Below the pieces are notes generated by a model. That model saw only the letters and a list, made by a program, of their open reading frames with translations. It made no database searches and was not told where the DNA came from. DNA of 52,675 nt from a virus (taxonomy: Duplodnaviria > Caudoviricetes), in IMG/VR virus record IMGVR_UViG_3300009506_000045, positions 1 to 52,675 of that record; one strand, given 5' to 3'. The position numbers and the translations under genes are program-made. This document shows, one piece after another, positions 43,724 to 52,675 of this stretch (position 1 is its first letter; each line of letters starts with the position of its first letter).

Positions 43724-43738
43724 AGCGGAGGTTCGGAG

Positions 43739-45115
43739 ATGACGACAACGCAGGCCCTCATGGCGGCTATCGCGGAGCAGGACCCGAGGCGGGTGCACCG
43801 GGACGTGCACGGCCGGCTTCATCTCCGCGAGGACGCGGGGGTTTATTGCCGGGGTCGCTCGGTCCTGGAGGCGGCCGACGTGAAGCGGCTCCTCGAGGCT
43901 CAGCACCTCGAGTACCGGAAGGGGATGGAGGACCGGGTCCTGGACTTCGTCGGCTCGGACGAGACGGTCGACCGGGCGGGGGATATCATCCGGGTCGACG
44001 GATGGCAGCTCGACGAGTTCAAGCGTAACCCGATCATCCTCGAGAACCATGACTACCTGGGCCTGGCGGTTGGCCAGGCGCTCGAGGTGAAGGCCGAGAA
44101 GCAGGACGGAAAGCCCGTGCTGAGGTTCTCGATCCTGTTCGCGGACGCGGAGACCTACCCCCGGGCGGACCACGTCTTCCGGCTCTACGCGGGTGGTTAC
44201 ATGCGGGCTACGTCGGTGGGCTTCATCCCGCTGGGGGAGGAGGAGGTCGACGACGCCAAGCGAGCCGAGCTGGGCATGCCCCCGCACGGTCGGGTCTTCA
44301 ACCGGCAGACCCTGCTCGAGCTTTCCATGGTAACGGTACCGGCGAACCCTAACGCGGTCCGAGAGGCCTACGCGGCGAAGGCTCTCACGGCGCAGGAGGC
44401 GCTCCCGATCGTGTGCGCCTCGTTGGCCTACGACGATGACGAGCAGCTCCTGGACCTCTTTACGGAGCTCCGGGCTACGCTCGTCAAGGCGGTGTCCTTG
44501 AACCGACCCGGGGTTAGCCGGGCGAAGGCGCTGATCTCGGGGGGCCACGTCGACCAGACGAGCGACTGGAGCTTTAGCGCGGCGGATGGAAACAAGCTCC
44601 TGGGGAGCTCAGATAGCCCCGACTGGGCACGGTACGGGAAGCACCACCTGGGGATCGACATGGAGGCTGCTGAGGAGACGCGGGCCCGGTACAAGTACCC
44701 GTTCGCCAAGTTCGTCGACGGGGAGATCGTGCTCTTCCGGTCGGCCCTCCGGGCGATCCGAAGCCGGGCGGCGCAGCAGAACGAGGACGCGATCTTCAAC
44801 GCGGCGGGGAACCTGCTCGAGCAGCTCGGCGCGCCCGAGGGCTCGGGGCTCCCGACCGACAAGGTGACCAACAAGGCCGGGGAATCTGTACCAGATCGGG
44901 ACCTATGTGATAGACTGGCGGACGCTGAGGTCGAGCTCGAGACGCTGCGGGACAGCCTAGCGGCGCTCGAGGACCGCCTCGAGAGGACCTTGTCCGGCGC
45001 GGTTGCCCCTCCGGCACCGGAGCCCGAGAAGGACGAGGGCCAGATCTACGACCTGCTGCTTGGTATGCAGGCGAGCCTCAAAGGAGGCGACACGAAGCAT
45101 CAGAACGAGACATAA
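43739..45115 (+). CDS. HK97-type prohead protease with extra domain and C-terminal coiled coil
   Basis: 'DRAGDII..DGW....F..NP.IL.NH', 'ATSVGF', 'LLELSMVTVPANPNA'. Confidence 0.92.
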   Translation: MTTTQALMAAIAEQDPRRVHRDVHGRLHLREDAGVYCRGRSVLEAADVKRLLEAQHLEYRKGMEDRVLDFVGSDETVDRAGDIIRVDGWQLDEFKRNPIILENHDYLGLAVGQALEVKAEKQDGKPVLRFSILFADAETYPRADHVFRLYAGGYMRATSVGFIPLGEEEVDDAKRAELGMPPHGRVFNRQTLLELSMVTVPANPNAVREAYAAKALTAQEALPIVCASLAYDDDEQLLDLFTELRATLVKAVSLNRPGVSRAKALISGGHVDQTSDWSFSAADGNKLLGSSDSPDWARYGKHHLGIDMEAAEETRARYKYPFAKFVDGEIVLFRSALRAIRSRAAQQNEDAIFNAAGNLLEQLGAPEGSGLPTDKVTNKAGESVPDRDLCDRLADAEVELETLRDSLAALEDRLERTLSGAVAPPAPEPEKDEGQIYDLLLGMQASLKGGDTKHQNET

Positions 45116-45144
45116 GCTCTCGGCTACGGGAGGAGGAGAACCCC

Positions 45145-46422
45145 ATGGCCATCGAGAAGATCGAGACGATCATCGAGGAGATGAAGACGAGCCTCAAGGA
45201 ACGGCTCGACGCGTGCGACGGACAGAACACCGAGCTTCGGTCCGAGATCGAGGCGCTGCAGAAGCAGGTCACCGACCTCGAGGCCGGCATCAAGGAACGT
45301 CCCTCGGGCCTCCTGCCCGGGCTCGAGGACGAGGTCAAGAACCGGAAGCCCTCCTGGGTGCGGATCCTGAAGGGCCTCCGCTGGAACGACTGGGGCGACG
45401 GCTACGAGAAGCGGATCCTCCAGGAGGCAACCGAGCGCTACCACTCCGTGGTCGGTCGGTACCCTGGCGAGGCGAAGGCGGCCTCCACGGAGCTTGACGC
45501 TTCGGGTGGCTACCTGGTTCCGTCGGAGCTGATGACGGACCTGATCGAGAAGCTCGACGAGCGGGCGGTGACGCTCCAGGCTGGCGCCCGGATCCTGCCG
45601 GGTATGACGTCGAGCCCCGTACAGTGGCCCAAGATCACCGGCGGTGCGAAGGCCTACTGGGAAGGTGAGACCGAGGCGATCACCGATTCGACCATGACCG
45701 TCGGGATGCTGAGCCTCGTCCCGCACCGGCTGGGTGCGATGTCGATCTTCCCCGAGAGACTGATCCGTCTCGCGAGCCAGCCGGTCGAGCAGATCATCGA
45801 GGCCGACTTCGCGAAACGTCTCGCCTTGAAGCTCGACCAGGGCGTCCTGATCGGCGACGGTGCGGGCGTGGCCCCGGTGGTCGGGATCGCCAACCTGGCG
45901 AGCGTCAACGATCACACCATCGACACCAACGGCGGGCTGCTGGACTTCGACGAGGTGGTCGACATGGCCGGGCTGGTCGAGGACTCCTACGCCGACGTGG
46001 AAGACCCTTCGGCGGCCTGGATCTCTAACCGGGTGGTTTGGCGGTTGCTCCGCAAGACGCGGGTAGCTGCGGACTCCGGCGACGTGGCCCCGTACAACGG
46101 CCCCTATGTCGTGCCTCCGATCATGAGCGAGGCTCGGCTCCGTGACATGCTGGGTTACCCGTTCTTCGGGACCAACCAGCTCGTCAAGACCCTGACCAAG
46201 GGAACCAGTTCGGCCTTGACCTACGCGTTCTTCGGCGTGTGGAGCGAGGTCCTGATCCCACAGTGGTACGGCATGACCGTGCGGGCGAGCACCGAGACCA
46301 GCAACGCGTTCGCCAAGAGCCAGGTCTACATCAAGGCCGAGCTCGAGGTCGACGTGGGCGTGCGCCACGACGAGTCCTTCGCGAAGTGCGACGAGGTCGC
46401 GACCACGAACCCGGTTAGCTAA
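45145..46422 (+). CDS. Major capsid protein (HK97 fold, N-terminal delta domain)
   Basis: N-terminal coiled coil, 'GGYLVP', 'AYWEGE', 'LIGDG', 'LGYP', 'DVGVRH..SF'. Confidence 0.95.
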   Translation: MAIEKIETIIEEMKTSLKERLDACDGQNTELRSEIEALQKQVTDLEAGIKERPSGLLPGLEDEVKNRKPSWVRILKGLRWNDWGDGYEKRILQEATERYHSVVGRYPGEAKAASTELDASGGYLVPSELMTDLIEKLDERAVTLQAGARILPGMTSSPVQWPKITGGAKAYWEGETEAITDSTMTVGMLSLVPHRLGAMSIFPERLIRLASQPVEQIIEADFAKRLALKLDQGVLIGDGAGVAPVVGIANLASVNDHTIDTNGGLLDFDEVVDMAGLVEDSYADVEDPSAAWISNRVVWRLLRKTRVAADSGDVAPYNGPYVVPPIMSEARLRDMLGYPFFGTNQLVKTLTKGTSSALTYAFFGVWSEVLIPQWYGMTVRASTETSNAFAKSQVYIKAELEVDVGVRHDESFAKCDEVATTNPVS

Positions 46423-46460
46423 GACCATACCTGGCCGGGAGGCCAGAAGGAGCAGAGGCG

Positions 46461-46913
46461 ATGAAGTTTCAGGGCGAGAAGTTCATCGAGGTCGTGGACG
46501 GGATCGAACCCGACGCCTACGCGGCGGGCTCGACCTACTACAGCTCGACCATCGACATCAACGGCTACAACGAGCTCCTGGTGGGCGTGCAGATGGGCGA
46601 CATGGTCGCGACCAGCGCGGTAACGGTGCTCGTGCAGGAGGACGATAACACCTCGTTCTCTTCGGCCACGACCGTCACCGACGGTACCAACACGGCGACC
46701 ACGGGAGCGCTGGCGGCTGGCACGGCCGATAACCTGACCTACCTGTTGTCGGTCAACCTGACGAACCCGAACCGTGAGCGCTACATGCGCGTAGCGGCGA
46801 CGGTGGCTACGGCTAACTCCGACCTCGGGGTGTTCGTGCTGCTGCTCGGGGCGAAGGATCTGCCGGTTACCCAGGACTCGACCTACATCACGGTCTCGGC
46901 GCGCGTCGAGTAA
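46461..46913 (+). CDS. Head decoration-like beta-sandwich protein
   Basis: Follows the capsid gene; 'IDINGY...VQEDD...RYMRV'. Confidence 0.65.
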   Translation: MKFQGEKFIEVVDGIEPDAYAAGSTYYSSTIDINGYNELLVGVQMGDMVATSAVTVLVQEDDNTSFSSATTVTDGTNTATTGALAAGTADNLTYLLSVNLTNPNRERYMRVAATVATANSDLGVFVLLLGAKDLPVTQDSTYITVSARVE

Positions 46914-46922
46914 GGAGGAACC

Positions 46923-47723
46923 ATGGCCCTCGAAGGCTGGGCGGCGATGGCGCTAGGGGCGGCCGGGGCGGTGCCCTCGGATGCGACTCCCTTCGTCTCG
47001 GCGAACACGACGGACATCACGAGCACGACGCCGGTGACCATCAAGGCGGCAACGGCGTTGAAATCGATCTACGTGACGAAACTCCTTTTCTTCAACAAGA
47101 CCCCTGCGGAGGCGGCGATCCTGAGCATCGAGGACAACACGGGGACGCCGATCGTTCACCTCGACAACGTGGAGCTGACCACGGCCGCGGGGAATGAGGG
47201 TTACCTCGAGTACAACTTCGACCCCCCGATGCAGATCGCGGTTGGCAAGGCCCTCATGGGCAAGGCGAGCGGGTCCTTCGGCGACACGATCGTCTTTGCC
47301 TCGGGCTTCGTCGGCACGCCGGGGACGACCCTCGACGGGGTGGCGGCTATCGCGCTCCGAAAGGTCGGCTCCGTGCCGGATGACGCGGCGGCGATGAACG
47401 GGTACAACTCGACCCTCGTGACCAGCACCACCGCTCGAGAGGTCGTGGCGGCCTCGGCCTCCAAGTCGCACTACATTCAGCGGCTCAAGGTGACCAACGC
47501 AACGCCCGCGGAGACGGCGCAGATCCTGATCCAGGACGGAGCGGGTACCCCGGTCAACTACGCTGGGGTGGTTACGTGCACGGCGGCGAGCAACGCAGCC
47601 GGGGTCGAGCTGGTCTTTGAGCCACCGCTCCAGGTGGCCGTGGGCGAGCCGATCAACGCGGTTGCGACCGGTGCTTTCGGTGACGTGCTGGTCGAGGTGT
47701 CTGGCTTTACCGGGACCCCGTAA
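46923..47723 (+). CDS. Virion structural protein with two tandem homologous domains
   Basis: Halves align (KSIYV/KSHYI, TPAE, GTP, FDPP/FEPP, FGD, SGFxGTP). Confidence 0.7.
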   Translation: MALEGWAAMALGAAGAVPSDATPFVSANTTDITSTTPVTIKAATALKSIYVTKLLFFNKTPAEAAILSIEDNTGTPIVHLDNVELTTAAGNEGYLEYNFDPPMQIAVGKALMGKASGSFGDTIVFASGFVGTPGTTLDGVAAIALRKVGSVPDDAAAMNGYNSTLVTSTTAREVVAASASKSHYIQRLKVTNATPAETAQILIQDGAGTPVNYAGVVTCTAASNAAGVELVFEPPLQVAVGEPINAVATGAFGDVLVEVSGFTGTP

Positions 47724-47726
47724 ACC

Positions 47727-47921
47727 ATGCGATGGTACCGGGTGAAACCTGGTCGAACCTACGAGACCCCCGACGGGAGGATCTACCCGTCGGGGACTCT
47801 CCTCCGATTGGCTGACGACGTCGAGGACGAGGCGCTCGTACCGTGGCGGCCGTTGCGTGCCCCGTCACACCGGATGATGCCGCCTCCGTGGAGCCCTACC
47901 CGTGGACCTGACGACCGCTGA
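47727..47921 (+). CDS. Small head-associated hypothetical protein
   Basis: Lies between structural genes. Confidence 0.5.
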   Translation: MRWYRVKPGRTYETPDGRIYPSGTLLRLADDVEDEALVPWRPLRAPSHRMMPPPWSPTRGPDDR

Positions 47922-48480
47922 TCGACTGAAGACCTTTCTCGACGTGTCGGGCTCGGGCGAGGACACCTTGCTCGGGTACCTGGTGACGGCGATCTCGGCC
48001 CAGGTCGAGGCCTACCTCGATCGGTACGTGGAGAGCACCTCCCGGACGGCCTACCTGGACGTGGAGGAAGGACAGCGGGTCTTCGGCCTGCGAGGCTACC
48101 CGGTAACCTCGGTGAGCTCGCTCCGGCACGACATCGACTGGACCTTCGCGTCGACGGACGAGCTCGCCACGACGGACTACACGGTGCTCGGGGACGACGG
48201 TCTGCTCCAGATCCCGGCCTACGACCTCGCGGCAGGTCCCCGCGCCCTCAAGATCACCTACACCGGTGGCATGGCGGCGAGCGCGGCGGCCTTCTACGCG
48301 GCCTATCCGGACGCGGAGCTCGCGGTCTGGTACCAGGCGGGCTACGCGTTCGAGCGGCGCAAGTTCCTGATCGACGGCTCCGCGGCGGTGGCCGGCTCGT
48401 CCGTGGGCTTCCAGGCCCCCGAGCTCCTGGCCGAGGTGAAGGAGCTTCTTCGTCCGTATCGGCGTTTGGTGGTGGTGTAG
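47902..48480 (+). CDS. Head-tail adaptor/connector protein
   Basis: 'LTT..RLKTFL...D..L..L..A.S..VE.Y..R', 'YPVTSV', 'ITYTGG', 'LLRPYRR'. Confidence 0.85.
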   Translation: MDLTTADRLKTFLDVSGSGEDTLLGYLVTAISAQVEAYLDRYVESTSRTAYLDVEEGQRVFGLRGYPVTSVSSLRHDIDWTFASTDELATTDYTVLGDDGLLQIPAYDLAAGPRALKITYTGGMAASAAAFYAAYPDAELAVWYQAGYAFERRKFLIDGSAAVAGSSVGFQAPELLAEVKELLRPYRRLVVV

Positions 48481-48483
48481 ACC

Positions 48484-49065
48484 ATGGCGGGCAACCGGGT
48501 CGACGACGCGCAGTTCCGCAAGGCGATCCGAGAGGTCCCGGGCCGTCTGTACTCGGAGTGGCGTCGTGAGTTTGGGGGGTTGCTCGGGGACTTCGACGCT
48601 CGGATGCAGCTCAAGAGGCTCCGGGGTCGCCCTGGGGTCTTCGTCCGGACGGGTGGGTTGCGGAACAGCTTCAACCACGTCGTGCGAGGCGGGAGCCTGG
48701 GCAACCTGGTCGGGCGGTACTACACCAACAAGATTTACGCCCCGGTCCAGGAACGCGGTGCTCGGATCAGCCCCAGGCGGGCACGCTACCTGACGATCCC
48801 GCTCGAGGCGGCCAAGACCCAGGCCGGGGTAGCTCGCGGTCGGGCCCGGGACTTCTCGGACACGTTCATCATTCGGTCGAAGGGCGGGAACCTCTTCATC
48901 ATGCAACGGCGACCCGGCCAGAAGGCGGTCCCGTTGTTCCTGCTCCGGAAGCAGGTGCGGATTCCTCCGCGGTTGGGCTTGGTGGCGGAGTGGCGGGCCT
49001 TTCGTCCCAAGGTGGTACAAGGTCTCCGGCAGGCAACCCGGCGAGCGTTGAAGGGGTCGAGATGA
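48484..49065 (+). CDS. Neck/tail-completion protein (HK97 gp10-like)
   Basis: 'RTGGLRNS', 'YAPVQERG..I.P....YLTIP'. Confidence 0.75.
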   Translation: MAGNRVDDAQFRKAIREVPGRLYSEWRREFGGLLGDFDARMQLKRLRGRPGVFVRTGGLRNSFNHVVRGGSLGNLVGRYYTNKIYAPVQERGARISPRRARYLTIPLEAAKTQAGVARGRARDFSDTFIIRSKGGNLFIMQRRPGQKAVPLFLLRKQVRIPPRLGLVAEWRAFRPKVVQGLRQATRRALKGSR

Positions 49066-49358
49066 CCGACCGTCTGGCCTGGCCCGGGCGCCACGTGCAG
49101 CGCTATTTCTTCGCGGTGTACGTGTACGATGGTGGACGCAAGGGCGGGGCTCCGAAGGGCGCGACCGGCGGGGTCTGGCGACAGTGGACCTCGGGCTTCT
49201 ACCCGAGGTTACCGATGGGTATGCAGCAGGTGGCTCAGGACGTGGCGGATCGATTTGAGACCCAGGCAAAGATCCTCCGGGTCGACCTCGACGCTGAGGA
49301 GGTCCGGACGGTGAAGGTGGTGGCGCATGGCAGCGACGGTGCAGATCAACGAGTATAA
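49062..49358 (+). CDS. Hypothetical protein
   Basis: ATGA-coupled. Confidence 0.55.
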   Translation: MTDRLAWPGRHVQRYFFAVYVYDGGRKGGAPKGATGGVWRQWTSGFYPRLPMGMQQVAQDVADRFETQAKILRVDLDAEEVRTVKVVAHGSDGADQRV

Positions 49359-49821
49359 CAGCGCCTTGGAGACGAAGACGGCGAACATCTCGACCGGCCA
49401 CTTCCGGGGGGCAACGGATAGCCCAAACCTTGCGGACCCGGTGGACGATCCGATCGCAGCCGGGGCCAACAGCTATGAGAAGTGGTGGAAGGCTGAGGTG
49501 ACCGCCCTAGGTGGGAGCTCCAAGCTCGACACCTGGCGGATTTATCTCTCCGCGGGCTCGGTGCCAGGAAGCACGAGCCTCTTGACGTCGGCGGATACCA
49601 GCACCCCGTCTAACCCAGCGTACACGACCCCGACCACGAGCGCGTCCTCGGTGGCGATCTACGCCATGCCGACCTCGGATCCTGGGGTAGCGACGATCAC
49701 GGGTAGCCTTACCGCCACGGGAGAGACGTCCTACGTGACCCAGCAGGTACAGATCGGCGGAGGTGAGACCTCGAGCAACCAGAGCGGTCAGCTCACCTTC
49801 GTATGGCGGGAGATTGTTTGA
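49327..49821 (+). CDS. Virion structural protein (S/T-rich beta-sandwich)
   Basis: 'PIAAGANSYEKW', 'TSYVTQQVQI', 'LTFVWRE'. Confidence 0.65.
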   Translation: MAATVQINEYNSALETKTANISTGHFRGATDSPNLADPVDDPIAAGANSYEKWWKAEVTALGGSSKLDTWRIYLSAGSVPGSTSLLTSADTSTPSNPAYTTPTTSASSVAIYAMPTSDPGVATITGSLTATGETSYVTQQVQIGGGETSSNQSGQLTFVWREIV

Positions 49822-50249
49822 TGGTTCCGCGTACCCTTCCAGAGCCGGGTACCCGGCCCTACTACTTCACCTGGGCGGCGATGCTCAGGTCCGGAGAGCG
49901 GGTCCCGCAGTACGACGACCGAGGGCGCGCGTGGCAGCTCTCGTCGACGCCGGAGGGGTTCTTCGACGAGGTGGTGGGGGTCGAGATCTACCTGCACCCA
50001 GCGTTCGCGGCAGGCGCTCCCCCGGTGCAGGTCCATCGGTCCGGGTGGTTCGAGGTGGCTTACAGGGCGCGAAAGGACCTCTCTCTCGACGGCCGGAGGC
50101 TACCCGACTACCTCAAGCAGGTTATCGAGGTCCGTTGGCCGGGCCTCACGTTGGTAGGTACTCCGGATGACTTCGAGCCTGGATCGCCACCGGCCGCGGG
50201 CTGGAGGTTCGATTTGCTGGCGGGTGCTTCGGTGGATAGCGAGGCTTAG
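49821..50249 (+). CDS. Hypothetical protein
   Basis: TGATG coupling at 49819-49823. Confidence 0.6.
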   Translation: MVPRTLPEPGTRPYYFTWAAMLRSGERVPQYDDRGRAWQLSSTPEGFFDEVVGVEIYLHPAFAAGAPPVQVHRSGWFEVAYRARKDLSLDGRRLPDYLKQVIEVRWPGLTLVGTPDDFEPGSPPAAGWRFDLLAGASVDSEA

Positions 50250-50262
50250 GAGGGTTCGACGC

Positions 50263-50748
50263 ATGGCGGTGACGACGTTCGGGTACCTGGGAGGGTTGCA
50301 GCGGATCTGCAACGGAAACATCGACTGGGACTCCACGGCCCTGAAGATGATGTTGGTGGACGCTAGCTACGTTCCGAGCGTCACCGACACCTTCGTTAGC
50401 GACGGGCCCGGAGCGGCGGAGATCGTGGTCGACGGGTACGCGGGAGGCTTCGGGGGCGCGGGTAGAAGGTTGTTGACCGGGAAGACCGTGACCCGTTCAA
50501 ACGCGACGAAGGAGATCGTGTTAGACGCGGACGACGTCGACTTTGGGATCCTGGGAGGGGGAGCGGTCGAGGTGCCGGTGTCGGCGGGGGTGATCGTGCG
50601 GGAGAACACGGACGACACCAACTCTCCGCTGATGTTCTACGTCCAGTTCGCGGATCGAACGACCGACGGCACCAACTTCACGGTGATCTTCAACACCGAC
50701 GGCGTGTGGCGGCTGCTGACCAGCGAAGAGGAGATCGTGCTAGCGTGA
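50263..50748 (+). CDS. Minor tail/structural protein
   Basis: SD GGAGGG; 'IDWDSTALKMMLV...LDADDV...L..Y..F....DG..FTV.FN..G'. Confidence 0.7.
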   Translation: MAVTTFGYLGGLQRICNGNIDWDSTALKMMLVDASYVPSVTDTFVSDGPGAAEIVVDGYAGGFGGAGRRLLTGKTVTRSNATKEIVLDADDVDFGILGGGAVEVPVSAGVIVRENTDDTNSPLMFYVQFADRTTDGTNFTVIFNTDGVWRLLTSEEEIVLA

Positions 50749-51206
50749 GCGCTGACCTTGGGTGGAGCGTCGGGATTGGTCTACGAGCTCGAGCCTACGA
50801 GCCCGGACCGGCCGTACGTGGGCGCGCGATCGGGCGTGGCTTGAGGGCGGCGGCAACTTACCATGCGGAGCGAGGCCGGGCGATCGGGCGCGGGCTGGCA
50901 GCGTTCGCGGAGCGGTGGTTCGTGGTCTACGAAGACACGACCGGGGAGCTCCAGAGCGTCGGGACGATCGTCGGGACGCTGCCCCCGGGGTTCACCTCGG
51001 AGGAGGTCGTCGGCCCTCCCGACAATGACGAGGTATGGGATCAGGTGACCCGGGCGTTCGTCCCACGTGAGAAGGCCGGCCGGGTGGACCTGCTCGACGA
51101 GATCATGAGCGACGGGGCCTTTCCAACGACGGTCACGGTGCCGGAGCGGATCGAGGTTAGAGACGTGCTTGAGGACCACGTCGAGGACGCGTGGAGGTAT
51201 AGCTAG
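50745..51206 (+). CDS. Hypothetical protein with RGRAIGRGL repeats
   Basis: GTGA coupling; motif occurs twice. Confidence 0.55.
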   Translation: MSADLGWSVGIGLRARAYEPGPAVRGRAIGRGLRAAATYHAERGRAIGRGLAAFAERWFVVYEDTTGELQSVGTIVGTLPPGFTSEEVVGPPDNDEVWDQVTRAFVPREKAGRVDLLDEIMSDGAFPTTVTVPERIEVRDVLEDHVEDAWRYS

Positions 51207-52030
51207 TGTCGGACCTTCCGATCTTTGAGCCAGGACAGATGGAGGTTACGGGCATCGGTGGCTCGACCTCGTACGGTACCGCCCTAGCTCGAGGGACGGT
51301 CGCCAACTCGAAGGGAGCCTGGTCGACGCTCCTCACGGCGACGCACCATATCCGGCACCTCAGCCTCACGATCTCGAAGTACGTGGTGTCTGGGGTCGCG
51401 AACCCGATCCAGTTCCTGCTGGACGTGGGGCACGAGTCGACCGTCTACGTGCCGAACGTGCTGATCTACATGAACCCTCAGTCCCACGCGCGGACGATCG
51501 AGCTCCCGTGCTTCTTTGCCTCGGGGACGAACATCAAGGCACGGATGCAAGCTGGTACGCACGGGTTTTCGGGCCCGTCGCTCTACGTGAGCGGGCACGC
51601 CTACTCGCAGGGTTTTGCGAACCTCCCGACCTATCAGAGCGCGTACGCCTACGGGATCACCACCAGCACGACCTCGGGAACGCAGATCGACCCGGGAGGG
51701 ACCGCGGACACGAAGGGAAGTTGGACCCAGATCACCAGCTCCACGTCGGCACGGCATACCTCCCTGATCTTGTGCGTGCAGGTCAACAACAACGCCATGA
51801 CGGCGTGTGACTGGCGGGTAGACGTCGGGGTCGGGGGCAGCGGATCAGAAACGGCGATTTGGTCAGACCGGGTGCTTCGTGCGTCAGCAGGTGAAGACGA
51901 CATCTCCCCTAACTACATTCCGATCCCGATGGTGGTCCCGTCGGGGACCCGCCTCGCGGTGCGGGCGCAGTGTTCGATCACGGACGCGACGGACCGGCTG
52001 TTCGATTGTTCGATCATCGGCTTAGGGTGA
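51206..52030 (+). CDS. Virion structural protein with internal duplication
   Basis: 'GTVANSKGAW' vs 'GTADTKGSW'; 'FASGTNIKARMQ' vs 'VPSGTRLAVRAQ'. Confidence 0.65.
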   Translation: MSDLPIFEPGQMEVTGIGGSTSYGTALARGTVANSKGAWSTLLTATHHIRHLSLTISKYVVSGVANPIQFLLDVGHESTVYVPNVLIYMNPQSHARTIELPCFFASGTNIKARMQAGTHGFSGPSLYVSGHAYSQGFANLPTYQSAYAYGITTSTTSGTQIDPGGTADTKGSWTQITSSTSARHTSLILCVQVNNNAMTACDWRVDVGVGGSGSETAIWSDRVLRASAGEDDISPNYIPIPMVVPSGTRLAVRAQCSITDATDRLFDCSIIGLG

Positions 52031-52033
52031 CGT

Positions 52034-52375
52034 ATGAGCCTGGTACAAGAGAGCGAAGGAACCTTGCCCGCGGACGGAACCGAGCAGACCGTCTATGCGA
52101 ACACGGCGGACTACGCGGTCTTCCAGGTGACGATCTCGTTGACGAACATGGCGGCAGGAGACGTGACGACGGTCCGGGTCTACACGAAGGTGAAGACCAC
52201 CGGCAGCTACGAGGAGATCTTCTCGGGGACGTATGCAAACGCGCAGGGGGCGGCGGCCGTGATCCGTACCCCGGCGGACGAGGCACAGAATGACTGGAAG
52301 GTGACCCTCCAGCAGAGCGCGGGCACCAACCGCAACTACGATTGGCACGCGGCAACCTATCAGAAGAACGTGTAA
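52034..52375 (+). CDS. Small beta-sandwich structural protein
   Basis: 113 aa, beta-rich. Confidence 0.65.
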   Translation: MSLVQESEGTLPADGTEQTVYANTADYAVFQVTISLTNMAAGDVTTVRVYTKVKTTGSYEEIFSGTYANAQGAAAVIRTPADEAQNDWKVTLQQSAGTNRNYDWHAATYQKNV

Positions 52376-52390
52376 CGTGTGAGGTGAACC

Positions 52391-52602
52391 GTGTGGGCCT
52401 CCTGGTCGATCCCCCGGTACCTCGAGCCTCCGTTTTCGAGCGAAACGAAGGCGCTCGGGGCCGGCTGGGCCCTCGCCCTCACGGGGACCGACGACCTGAC
52501 GGCCGGGTGGGCCCTCGCCCTCACGGGGACCGACCCCCTGACGGCCGGCTGGGCCCTCGCCCTCACGGGGACCGATCCCCTGACGGCCGGGTGGGCCCTC
52601 GC
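52391..52602 (+). CDS. 5' part of the repeat-containing tail terminator-like gene (continues at nt 2)
   Basis: SD GAGGTG at 52381, GTG 52391: MWASWSIPRYLEPPFSSETKALGAGWALALTGTDDLTAGWALA... Confidence 0.7.
52460..52602. repeat. 42-bp tandem repeat (~3.4 copies), same unit as 1-222
   Basis: Direct sequence match. Confidence 0.95.
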
Positions 52603-52675
52603 TGGCGTAGTGCTGCGCCAGTCTGGACAGTTCGCTGTGTTCGGTATAGTTCAGCGCCAGGTCGGAAAAGATCGC

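Noticed and set aside
46725-46732. GCCGATAA as a further sigma28 promoter
   Set aside because: Inside a CDS, with no -35 box at 16-nt spacing and no palindrome or leader
52603-52675. Unique sequence after the last repeat as phage sequence or host attachment junction
   Set aside because: Breaks mid-repeat inside a structural gene, does not match the window start, and no integrase is seen; probably a chimeric contig end (needs reads)
1-52675. Integrase/lysogeny module, tRNA or rRNA genes
   Set aside because: No recombinase motifs or cloverleaf/rRNA-like segments recognised by eye; tRNAscan and HMM searches would be needed to exclude them formally

Overview
This looks like an essentially complete, circularly permuted, high-GC tailed phage genome (siphovirus-like, HK97-type head). 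The two ends join through a 42-bp coding tandem repeat, and the last ~70 nt look chimeric. Gene order: tail module (1-12.6 kb); the only clear minus-strand gene, a primase-polymerase/SF3 helicase; a replication module (dNMP kinase-UDG-like fusion, SSB-like, SNF2 helicase, PolA, VRR-NUC); an accessory region (21.7-39 kb); an AT-rich iteron locus; terminase, portal-MuF fusion, protease, capsid and neck genes. No integrase, tRNA, CRISPR array, reverse transcriptase or recognisable endolysin was seen. Main observations: (i) a gene accordion of four paralogous 'MCL...GWKVF...GWHVF' proteins interleaved with two Cas4-like nucleases, plus a relic fifth copy; (ii) four repeated sigma28-like promoter/palindrome/RBS cassettes heading accessory genes; (iii) two distant loci with the same inverted GGAACCTA iterons; (iv) a second candidate programmed -1 frameshift outside the tail module; (v) a tail terminator-like protein with an N-terminal 14-aa repeat stalk. 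All calls come from motif recognition by eye; no searches were run.
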